From: a virus
Taxonomy: Duplodnaviria > Caudoviricetes
Reading direction: 5' to 3' (one strand)
Length of the DNA stretch: 64,000 nt
IMG/VR virus record: IMGVR_UViG_3300028591_000129
Location: 32,001-96,000 of that record
Below, one piece after another: positions 9,550-17,352 of the stretch (positions within the stretch are counted from its first letter, which is position 1; every line of letters starts with the position of its first letter). A program made the translations under genes and the position numbers. The notes beneath the pieces were generated by a model that worked only from the letters and a program-made list of their open reading frames with translations, was not told the origin of the DNA and did not search any database.

Positions 9550-10299
9550 TCACCTCTCTAATCCGTATGTGTATCCGTACTTGCCTTGGTTCTCTAACAG
9601 CCAATTGTGAGCATTTATATGTGCCACATTGTTTATCCTGTTCAACTGTGCCACGCAATTGTTATATGCTTGGTCGTTCTGTGTGGCGTACTCGGCGCGA
9701 CTTATCTCACCTCGCACGCACCTATTCCACAACTCCCTTGATAACGCCCTATATTCTCGTGTTATCGGTGACGCTTGTGCACTTGCTGACCTGCTATTCT
9801 CACGTATAAAGTGTGCATAGTCATTAGCAAACGCAACTGCACTTGCGCGGTCAGCAATCATTGCGGGCGACTTGGTTATGCTGTAAGTGCCCTCGGAAGC
9901 AACTGCACGAAATGAAGATATATTGAACCTTGCCCAATTGTTAATATCTGCGTCGCTGAATGTGCCACCAAGTTCGTCACTTGAGTAGCCTGACCTCGGG
10001 TGGATATGTGAAAAATAATCACCATTGATAAATGCTCGTACAGACGACTTAACAGCGCCCTTACCGCCTCTACGTTCCTCAAGCACCGTTCCGTCAGCAG
10101 TTACTACCATACCAAATTCTATCTTGGCGTTCTTACGCTTACTCTCAAACTCTTGTATGCTCCTTGGCATTACGGGGCTTCCGCTATCCGCACTGTATAC
10201 GAGCGGAATATCAACGGTAATCTGACCTCTTGCGCCAAGGTCAACGTCCGTTACGCCTATCGAACGGCTGTTATTATTGTCACTTCCCGAGCTTCCCAT
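9550..10299 (-). CDS. JAB/MPN-like metalloenzyme effector with MGSSG N-terminus
   Basis: E...HIHP...TFSDAD matches the JAMM pattern E-HxH-S-xx-D. Confidence 0.7.
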   Translation of the reverse strand: MGSSGSDNNNSRSIGVTDVDLGARGQITVDIPLVYSADSGSPVMPRSIQEFESKRKNAKIEFGMVVTADGTVLEERRGGKGAVKSSVRAFINGDYFSHIHPRSGYSSDELGGTFSDADINNWARFNISSFRAVASEGTYSITKSPAMIADRASAVAFANDYAHFIRENSRSASAQASPITREYRALSRELWNRCVRGEISRAEYATQNDQAYNNCVAQLNRINNVAHINAHNWLLENQGKYGYTYGLER

Positions 10300-10314
10300 T
10301 AGCTTCTTCTCCTG

Positions 10315-10452
10315 TCACTTCTTACTGTTAAGCTTCTTCTTAAGTGCATTGACTGCCTTTGTATTCTTTGTGTTCTTAACAGGATTGTTTGTGTCATTGT
10401 CCGTAGCGACAAACCTCATTTTTGCGTTGTTGTCTCTCTTTGTTCTCGGCAC
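10315..10452 (-). CDS. 45-aa basic peptide, class A (AKxRFVAT)
   Basis: GTG start 8 nt after a GGGGGG SD; shares AKxRFVAT with 13201-13305. Confidence 0.6.
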   Translation of the reverse strand: MPRTKRDNNAKMRFVATDNDTNNPVKNTKNTKAVNALKKKLNSKK

Positions 10453-10469
10453 TTTCAATTCCCCCCTTT

Positions 10470-11207
10470 TTATAAGATTACGTCTATCTCCAAGTACGCC
10501 GCGTTCTCGCCTCTTGCTGTTGACCACTCACGTACTATCCTCGCGTCACCCGTGAAGTTATAGTGCTGATTTCTCTGCACAAGTACCTCGTGTTCTGCGT
10601 GATTGTTCGTCATTATCGCACCCGTACCCTGTTGGACTACTACCCTAAATCGTACAGGGTATGCGTCGAATGTTCCGTGCCCCTTTGTGTATGTCAGTGA
10701 CGTATATGCACGCTGTGTATAGTCCGTTGACTGCAACACATCTCGAAGTGCACTGCTCATACTCGGGTCTGACGCCATTGCCACTTTAAGCCTGCCAAGC
10801 TCGCTCTCGCTTAATCCGAGTATACGAGAAGCTGACCTCAATGACACGTACCTGTACGCTAACAAGTCCTCTGACATAGGCTTCATACCGTTGTCTATCT
10901 GTGCTATGTCCCGCTTAATGTCGCTCTCGCTGTACCCCAAACGTGTCCAATCACTGTCAGGACTTCCGACCTTGCCTGTGTTCAGATAATAGTTAATATC
11001 GAATGCCTTTGAGGTCTTTACATACACCTTTTTACGGGACGGTGCGTCAGGGTCACCTGCTTCATAGCCTGTCTGACCCATATCATTCTGCAACCTGCGC
11101 ACTTCCTCACGCTGTTCCGACCTTGTAAGCCCCTCTAAATTGGTAGCTTCCTCGAACGGGTCGCGCTCCGAAGCGGTGTTTGTTATACGTTCCCCTCGAC
11201 TGCCCAT
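10470..11207 (-). CDS. ADP-ribosyltransferase (VIP2/C2-like R-S-E, ExE type), MGSRG N-terminus
   Basis: LAYR...YTSLT...AEHEVL motifs. Confidence 0.8.
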   Translation of the reverse strand: MGSRGERITNTASERDPFEEATNLEGLTRSEQREEVRRLQNDMGQTGYEAGDPDAPSRKKVYVKTSKAFDINYYLNTGKVGSPDSDWTRLGYSESDIKRDIAQIDNGMKPMSEDLLAYRYVSLRSASRILGLSESELGRLKVAMASDPSMSSALRDVLQSTDYTQRAYTSLTYTKGHGTFDAYPVRFRVVVQQGTGAIMTNNHAEHEVLVQRNQHYNFTGDARIVREWSTARGENAAYLEIDVIL

Positions 11208-11211
11208 TCGA

Positions 11212-11349
11212 TTACTTCTTCACAATCTTAAGCAGACCGTTAGGCATTTTCTCGAACTTCTCGTCAGGCTTAAGCATTCTGCCATATGCAGGTGCGTCAA
11301 ATCCCGACTTCTTTTTTGCGTTCTTCTTCGCTGTCTTCTTGTTAGCCAT
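11212..11349 (-). CDS. 45-aa basic peptide, class B (MANKK...KSGFDAPAYG)
   Basis: Has its own promoter (11381-11409); paralog of 12196-12357. Confidence 0.7.
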   Translation of the reverse strand: MANKKTAKKNAKKKSGFDAPAYGRMLKPDEKFEKMPNGLLKIVKK

Positions 11350-11380
11350 TACCTTAACCCCTTTCGTGTTGTTTGAGTAT

Positions 11381-11409
11381 ATACTAACATAGTAAGTATA
11401 ATTTGTCAA
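11381..11409 (-). promoter_or_regulatory. Promoter between ART stop and peptide gene (near-identical copy at 12388-12416)
   Basis: TTGACA-17 bp-TAGTAT within a ~40-bp duplicated block. Confidence 0.7.
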
Positions 11410-11411
11410 CA

Positions 11412-12170
11412 TTAGCTATAATCGTGCTCGATACGTCTGACGACTTCAAGTACAACACGATACTCGGCGCGTCCGTGTGCTCTTCCGCTACCGCCTACGC
11501 GCTCATATGATACAGGCATAAGAATAAGGTCTCTGTTTAACATAAACTCGCGTTGTCTGTCGCCGTAGTAAGAATTAACGTCGTCGTTACCTAACCACAT
11601 ACCGTAGCCTGTGCCCGACGGAACTCTAATCTCGTACTCAATCTGCTTGTTACTTCCGATTGTGAGACCCTCACGTGCCGCACCCGTAGACATATTACCT
11701 CTTGAATATATTTCCTGTCCTATCATACGCTGTATATCCTCTTCCGTTGCTGTCCTGTTTCCTTTTCCCAACAATAACTCAGCCGTTGCACGACGGTGTA
11801 CCACAAAAGGGGTATTAATCGTTGAACGGTCAAGGTACTTATCGTATATCCGAGTGGCGTCTTGGTCTTCCTTGTCCATTTTACTGAAACCCTCGTACTG
11901 CTGTCCGTCCATAAAATGACCATATACCCAAGTGTGGTCAAATGCTAACCACTCGTCACGGTCTTTATTTATCTCGTCATAAAGCTCTTGGGCATTACTA
12001 TGCTCCAAGAACCAACGATTAGTCGCGCCCCCGTCACGCTCATAATTATGCGTATCCGAGTGCCGACTATCGAATGTTTTATATTCGTCCTTGTCCTTGC
12101 GTCTTACAGGCAGTTCACCGCCCGATACTGCGCCTGTGCTCCCCGCAGAAACTCTTCCTGTACTTCCCAC
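11412..12170 (-). CDS. ADP-ribosyltransferase (R-S-E, QxE type), MGSTG N-terminus
   Basis: VVHRR...NMSTG...QREFML; paralog of 12420-13175. Confidence 0.8.
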   Translation of the reverse strand: MGSTGRVSAGSTGAVSGGELPVRRKDKDEYKTFDSRHSDTHNYERDGGATNRWFLEHSNAQELYDEINKDRDEWLAFDHTWVYGHFMDGQQYEGFSKMDKEDQDATRIYDKYLDRSTINTPFVVHRRATAELLLGKGNRTATEEDIQRMIGQEIYSRGNMSTGAAREGLTIGSNKQIEYEIRVPSGTGYGMWLGNDDVNSYYGDRQREFMLNRDLILMPVSYERVGGSGRAHGRAEYRVVLEVVRRIEHDYS

Positions 12171-12195
12171 GGCTAATTCTCCTTACACCAAATGC

Positions 12196-12357
12196 TTATT
12201 TCTTTGCTCCCTTGGGTGGTATCATTCTGTATGTTCCGTCGGGAAGCTTCTTGTATGTTGTTCCCTTGGGTACGATTTCACCGTAAGCGGGTGCGTCGAA
12301 ACCGCTCTTTCTCTCTGTTGCCTTTGTGTTCTTCTTTGTTGTTTTCTTATTTGCCAT
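12196..12357 (-). CDS. 53-aa basic peptide, class B
   Basis: Hand-translated MANKKTTKKNTKATERKSGFDAPAYGEIVPKG...; SD AAGGAGG; own promoter. Confidence 0.75.
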   Translation of the reverse strand: MANKKTTKKNTKATERKSGFDAPAYGEIVPKGTTYKKLPDGTYRMIPPKGAKK

Positions 12358-12419
12358 TTTTAGTTCCTCCTTGTATTGTTTGAGTATATACTAACATAGT
12401 AAGTATAGTTTGTCAACTA

Positions 12420-13175
12420 TTAATCGTAATTATGTGGCTGTCTGCCTATATACTCAAGAATTACACGATATTCAGGCGCGGTATCCCACGTCCTATCTTC
12501 AATATCTTGCCTCTCACTTTGTGATATACGCTCATAACCAACTATACGATATGCAGTGTCTCTATTCAGCATAAATTCACGTTGTTGGTCTCCCCAAGTA
12601 GGGTTTACACTATTGTGTCCTATATACATTCCTGCACCAACAGAGCCCGCAGGGATACGGATAGTATAGTCAATAGGCTTGGAAGCGCCTCTTCCGATAG
12701 TAAGTCCGTCTGCCGCTGCTCCCGTAGACATATTACCGAGAGATATGACCTCATTACCTACTGCATTACGCAACATTTCTTCAGTAACACTGCGTCTGCC
12801 CTCTCCGAATAATAACTCGGGCGTAGCTCGTCTATGTACTTCAACGCCCTCATTAATGACGGAACGGTCAAGAATATTATCGTAAATACGCGTGTATGTC
12901 TGTCTTGTGTCGTCCATATCAGAGAACTTGCCATACTGTTGACCGCCCATAAAATGACCACGTTCCCAATAGTCAAACGCGTTCAAATGCGCCCTCACCT
13001 CGGGGTATAACTCTTCAACATTAGAATTTTGTTCAAACCAACGGTAGGTTGCACCTCGGTCACTTTCATAATTATGTGTGCCCTCTGCTTCCCACTTAAA
13101 TTGGTGGTACTTGCCGTCACTTGCACCCGCAAGCATTCGACTTCCCTTATTTTCGTTACCCCCTGTGCTTCCCAC
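12420..13175 (-). CDS. ADP-ribosyltransferase (R-S-E, QxE type), MGSTGG N-terminus
   Basis: EVHRR...NMSTG...QQREFML. Confidence 0.8.
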   Translation of the reverse strand: MGSTGGNENKGSRMLAGASDGKYHQFKWEAEGTHNYESDRGATYRWFEQNSNVEELYPEVRAHLNAFDYWERGHFMGGQQYGKFSDMDDTRQTYTRIYDNILDRSVINEGVEVHRRATPELLFGEGRRSVTEEMLRNAVGNEVISLGNMSTGAAADGLTIGRGASKPIDYTIRIPAGSVGAGMYIGHNSVNPTWGDQQREFMLNRDTAYRIVGYERISQSERQDIEDRTWDTAPEYRVILEYIGRQPHNYD

Positions 13176-13200
13176 GGCTAATTCTCCTTATCCTGACTAA

Positions 13201-13305
13201 TTACTTCTTCTCGGGCTTCTTCTTTCCCTTGGTAATTGTCATTCCTTTGCCTGTTGCAACAAAGCGAGCTTTTGCTTTCTTTGTATCTTCCTTGATATTT
13301 GCCAT
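13201..13305 (-). CDS. 34-aa basic peptide, class A
   Basis: Hand-translated MANIKEDTKKAKARFVATGKGMTITKGKKKPEKK; promoter TTGACA-16-TATAAT at 13335-13362. Confidence 0.7.
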   Translation of the reverse strand: MANIKEDTKKAKARFVATGKGMTITKGKKKPEKK

Positions 13306-13358
13306 TTCCGACTTCCCCTTTCTCGTTTTCTTACATTATATCACGGTAATTACTACTG

Positions 13359-14057
13359 TCAAGGCACTGTCTCTACGGATATAATCAACTGTCTTCCGTC
13401 GGCGGACACTTGTATATCATTAATGCCATAACCGACATTACGGGACAGCACGCACTCCGATTCCATTCCTGTCGGACTGAATATGGCGGGTGTACCCGCT
13501 TTTGCGTCGATATTTATGCGTACTCTACGATACGAGAACTCCGAATCGGTCAAGGACGTGTCATATGTTGTTGACATATATGCGTGCTCACGCACAAAGT
13601 CACCAAGAAGCACCCTGCGAAGCTCTGCTACGTCATTTTCGTCGAACTTTCTAAAGCCTTTTGAGGCGTCCATAAGGCGTCCTCTCACGTCGTCGTCCAA
13701 CTCTGCCCCACCGTTCGTTATCAAATTCTCTAAATAGCCATTATCCGCCATTCGGACTAACTCAATATCTTTGTTGAGTGGAAGCATACTTTTGTCCATT
13801 GCGTCTATCGTCCTGTATGCCTCTGCAAGCTCGTCCTCGTCACCATATTCAAGCTCAAGTGACGCGCGTACGCTTATTCCGTCGGCTACCGCGTCTCGTA
13901 ATGCGCCGTTAATCTTCCACGAGTTTGCAGACTGAAAATAGCCCGAGTTATATATGCCTGACCTGTGCACCATATGTGTAAAGTCGTCGGGGTTTATCTT
14001 CGTATAATGTGTATCTACGTCCGAGTAGTTATCTTTGCTACCGCCTGAACTGCCCAT
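13359..14057 (-). CDS. ADP-ribosyltransferase (R-S-E, ExE type), MGSSGG N-terminus
   Basis: ELVR...YMSTT...MESECVL; starts at a TAATG overlap. Confidence 0.8.
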   Translation of the reverse strand: MGSSGGSKDNYSDVDTHYTKINPDDFTHMVHRSGIYNSGYFQSANSWKINGALRDAVADGISVRASLELEYGDEDELAEAYRTIDAMDKSMLPLNKDIELVRMADNGYLENLITNGGAELDDDVRGRLMDASKGFRKFDENDVAELRRVLLGDFVREHAYMSTTYDTSLTDSEFSYRRVRINIDAKAGTPAIFSPTGMESECVLSRNVGYGINDIQVSADGRQLIISVETVP

Positions 14058-14206
14058 TATCTCTTTTTCCTTTTTCGCTCTGTCCAACCGCTCTCTTCGA
14101 TAGCCTTGCCTTGCGCTTCAGCTTTCCTACGGGCATTTTTGGCGCGATAGACTTTGCCCGTCGTACCCCATTGGTATCCGTCTTTACCGACCTTATGAAC
14201 AGGCAT
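14057..14206 (-). CDS. 49-aa small basic phage protein (MPVHKV...GYQWG..GKVY)
   Basis: Hand-translated; SD GAGGT; TAATG coupling to the ART gene. Confidence 0.65.
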   Translation of the reverse strand: MPVHKVGKDGYQWGTTGKVYRAKNARRKAEAQGKAIEESGWTERKRKKR

Positions 14207-14211
14207 AGCGA

Positions 14212-14361
14212 TTACCTCTTCTTATCCTTGACAATCATATGACGTCCGTTGACCGTTACCCAACGCTCGCCTTTCTTAAGCTGACTGTCAATCTTGTCGA
14301 AGCTTGCTCTCTCCTTGGCTGTGACCTTATGCGGTCTCGGTGCGCTCTTCTTCTTCGCCAT
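14212..14361 (-). CDS. 49-aa basic peptide (MAKKKSAPR...ERWVTVNGRHMIVK)
   Basis: Hand-translated; SD GGGAG; extended -10 TGTTATACT near 14407-14415. Confidence 0.65.
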   Translation of the reverse strand: MAKKKSAPRPHKVTAKERASFDKIDSQLKKGERWVTVNGRHMIVKDKKR

Positions 14362-14417
14362 AATGTTCTATCTCCCATTATCCTGTCGAGGGCTTATTCA
14401 CTTATCAGTATAACATA

Positions 14418-14447
14418 AAAGTGCCTCAAGCGAACTCAAGGCACTTT
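14418..14447 (-). terminator. Hairpin terminator after the TROVE gene, overlapping the next promoter
   Basis: AAAGTGCCT...AGGCACTTT inverted repeat. Confidence 0.55.
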
Positions 14448-14452
14448 ATATC

Positions 14453-15925
14453 TCACGCTGTTATGTCCTTATACCTGTCAGACGCAAGAATTTCATTCAT
14501 AACGTCCAACGGTGTCTTCCCCAAGTTATCCATTACCTGCTTCATAATGTTCGGTGAGTATCCTGACACGAGGGACACGCAACTGTCCGACATAGACGCG
14601 TGGTAAGTAGGGTTGACCGCATTCACGTTCCAATAGATAACGTGAGGCAGTCTGTACCCTGCACGCTCGTACTCACCGCGTACGACGTCAGTGAACGTCA
14701 TAAAGCCGTCACTATCACAGCCACGGACACAGTCTACCTGCATATCGGATATGACACAGATAGCTTCAGGCATTTCGTCAGGGTCGATATGATACTTAAC
14801 GCCTATCTCAAGTATCCTGTCAAAGACAGCCTTGAGGTTAGTGGAATTACCCCACTCGGAACGATGTACGTCTTCGTACATTTGCCCAAGCGTCTCACCT
14901 TTAATCTCTTTGAGCGTAGGTGTGCTTGAGAAAGTAAAGAACTTGTCCTTGAACTCACCGACGTTGTTCTGTGCGAAGTAGATACCAAGAGAGATAGCAA
15001 CCGTGAGCGGTGACATACCGCCACGCCCCCAAGTCATTGAGCCTGAAGTATCCACGACGGCAAGGGCTCTTGTCGTGACCTTGGGTAACTGTGCCCACAT
15101 AGTGTTTATCTCGACAGAGTTATCACCCTTGACCACTTTCTGCATAATGTCACACGGATTAGCCGTCGCCATATTCATTTTGGCGTCACCTGTCTTGACC
15201 TTGGAAATGTACGCGGTGTATCTTTCCCCGTCGTGCCTCTTGAACGCTTCCCTGTTCTGCACGTTACACTTTGAGGGGACTGTCTCGTAGTCAATCTCGC
15301 CCCAACGGTTCGTGGACATTTTAGCTTCAGGGGTGTCTATCGCTTTTCTCAAGGCAACAAGGGCTTTCCTGTACACTGACATAGTCTTAAAGGAATACCC
15401 TAACTTCTTGGCTGTAAGCTTACCTAACTCTGCTGTCTTCTTTGAGGACGCATTCGGTGTGGCAAGCCACTTCGAGAGCAAGGATACAGGCTTGCCCTCC
15501 GCGAGGTTATGCAAGTCTCTGCGGTACTGACAGGCAATGAAGTCCCACATAGCGTTCTCGGCAGGTGTCCCTATGAGACTGTACAAGTCTTTAGCTCGAC
15601 CAAACTCAAGCACGTTGGGAATGTTCTTGACGACGCTGTCAGTATGCGTCTCCGCCAAGTGAGCGAAAATCTGATTAAAGGCGTCTCTCTCCCCAAGCCC
15701 GCCACGAATGTCACGGGCATAGAACAACAGCTTCATAGCACTGTCCTTATCTTCCTTATACGCCTCGTCGAACAGGTCACATTTAGCGTACGCAGACGCC
15801 CCGCGAAGAGCGCCCACTCTCCCAAGGAAGTCAAGACACCTGTTCGAAGTAGACGTAAGGCAGTCAGCCCCATTCCACGTCTTGCCGTGTGTCAGTTCAA
15901 TGTTAAACGCGTCAGAAAAATTCAT
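14453..15925 (-). CDS. TROVE/Ro60-like protein with C-terminal vWA domain (DUF2828-type)
   Basis: RDIRGGLGER, SLLSKWL, VVDTSGSM (MIDAS), ISDMQ, IYWNV, VSGYSP motifs. Confidence 0.85.
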   Translation of the reverse strand: MNFSDAFNIELTHGKTWNGADCLTSTSNRCLDFLGRVGALRGASAYAKCDLFDEAYKEDKDSAMKLLFYARDIRGGLGERDAFNQIFAHLAETHTDSVVKNIPNVLEFGRAKDLYSLIGTPAENAMWDFIACQYRRDLHNLAEGKPVSLLSKWLATPNASSKKTAELGKLTAKKLGYSFKTMSVYRKALVALRKAIDTPEAKMSTNRWGEIDYETVPSKCNVQNREAFKRHDGERYTAYISKVKTGDAKMNMATANPCDIMQKVVKGDNSVEINTMWAQLPKVTTRALAVVDTSGSMTWGRGGMSPLTVAISLGIYFAQNNVGEFKDKFFTFSSTPTLKEIKGETLGQMYEDVHRSEWGNSTNLKAVFDRILEIGVKYHIDPDEMPEAICVISDMQVDCVRGCDSDGFMTFTDVVRGEYERAGYRLPHVIYWNVNAVNPTYHASMSDSCVSLVSGYSPNIMKQVMDNLGKTPLDVMNEILASDRYKDITA

Positions 15926-16001
15926 AAAAAATACCTCCTACTCTCTAACGTCCTTTGTGTCGCTATCAACCAAGGCAGTTAAATCGTAAAAGGTTTAAGA
16001 C

Positions 16002-16136
16002 AAGACCCCGTGTGGTTTTATTCTGCATATCTGTTTATCATAAGAGTTGCTGTATGGGTCTTTCACCTTATGTTCATAGCAACGAGACACCGTTTCATAT
16101 CCGCATTATGTAAAATCATTTTGCTGTCTGTGTCTC
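16002..16136 (-). ncRNA. Two tandem ACAGCAA stem-loop elements in the TROVE leader (candidate Y-RNA-like ligands)
   Basis: GAGACAC-agACAGCAA...GGTGTCTC and AAGACCC-atACAGCAA...GGGGTCTT; promoter TTGACA-17-TATACT at 16151-16179. Confidence 0.55.
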
Positions 16137-16618
16137 AACTAATCAAACATAGTATATATCTATTCAAGCGCACTGTCAACATCATTTTTCTCTGCCCGCC
16201 GTCAAAATAATACTCACCTGCGCGGGAAATAACTACACACTCTGCACTAATAAAAATCAAGCCACCACTCAACACCTGCTTGACGAAAACGCCGTTTTTT
16301 CAGGTGGGTGGGGGTATCCGTGCTCCCGTATGCTCCCTTATGCTCCGTATCGCTCCTGCTTCCCTTGCCAACACTCGCTCGGAAGGTTTTCCTATCACAC
16401 GTATATGCCCCGCTCGGAAGGTTCTTGCACGGGAAATTAACTACAATCAATGACATTCAAAAAATTAGCAAGCCCCTCTCCCTCTTGCGGTTTCCATATG
16501 GTTTTCTCGGGGCAGGGGGTGGGGTGCGTGGGGCATAAAATTGCGGGCTGATTTTTGGGTGGGGGTTAAGGTCGTTTCAAGGTGTGGGGGCTGTCCCCCT
16601 ATATGAAAAGAAGACAAT

Positions 16619-16646
16619 TAAAAAGTCCCGCCTATTGGCGGGGCTT
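16619..16646 (-). terminator. Intrinsic terminator after the FtsK-like gene
   Basis: AAGCCCCGCC-AATA-GGCGGGACTT followed by a U-tract. Confidence 0.7.
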
Positions 16647-16671
16647 GTGGCTGTTGGCTGTCGTTGGAAGA

Positions 16672-17352
16672 TTAACGCTTCCAAAAAGCTATAAGCGGTT
16701 CTGTATCTACCTCGGGGAATGTCACGCGCTCGACCTTGCAACCTGTCTTGATTATTGCTTCCCCTATGCTCAACGTTTCCGCGCCTGCAATACCTAAAAT
16801 AACTCTGCTCTCTGATACTGAAGAAACGGGGACGGATACACGTGTATCAAGGTTACACTTCAAACGTGTTGGGATAACCTCTGCATTGATATTCTGTGTT
16901 GCACAGATTAACTGCACCCCTGCCGCACGTGCTATGCGTGCCAAACGCTCTAATAACTCAAAAGCTCTTTTACTTGTAAACGCAATGTCTGCAAGCTCGT
17001 CAACGATTATATAAAGCTTCGTGCCTGTATACTTGCGCGCGCCTGCTTGTTCCATTTCGCGGTAGCGATAGTCTACGAGTGCCAAGCACTTATTAAGCAA
17101 TGCCTCTATGTCCTCGGGCTCTGTCGCGTAGCCTGCGCAATGCGCTGTATGCTTAAAACGGCTCAACTCAACGCGCTTAGGGTCTATCAAAACCATTTGA
17201 CATTCTGCGGGGTTATGAGTGAGAATGTCATATATGATATTCTCAAGAAAAGTTGACTTTCCGCTTCCTGACGCGCCCGCGATTAATGCGTGGTGTGCGC
17301 TTGCTGTGATTGCTGAAAAGACGGGGTTTCTGTTGATTGTCATTGTTGCCAT
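16672..17352 (-). CDS. FtsK/SpoIIIE-family ATPase (motor domain only)
   Basis: H.LIAGASGSGKS, LIDPKRVEL, YIIVDELAD, ARAAGV.LI.ATQ, GAETL motifs; no membrane or gamma domain. Confidence 0.9.
   Translation of the reverse strand: MATMTINRNPVFSAITASAHHALIAGASGSGKSTFLENIIYDILTHNPAECQMVLIDPKRVELSRFKHTAHCAGYATEPEDIEALLNKCLALVDYRYREMEQAGARKYTGTKLYIIVDELADIAFTSKRAFELLERLARIARAAGVQLICATQNINAEVIPTRLKCNLDTRVSVPVSSVSESRVILGIAGAETLSIGEAIIKTGCKVERVTFPEVDTEPLIAFWKR

Noticed and set aside
10285-14057. MGS N-termini as myristoylation signals
   Set aside because: N-myristoylation is a eukaryotic pathway and this is a bacterial phage context; a targeting-tag role fits better.
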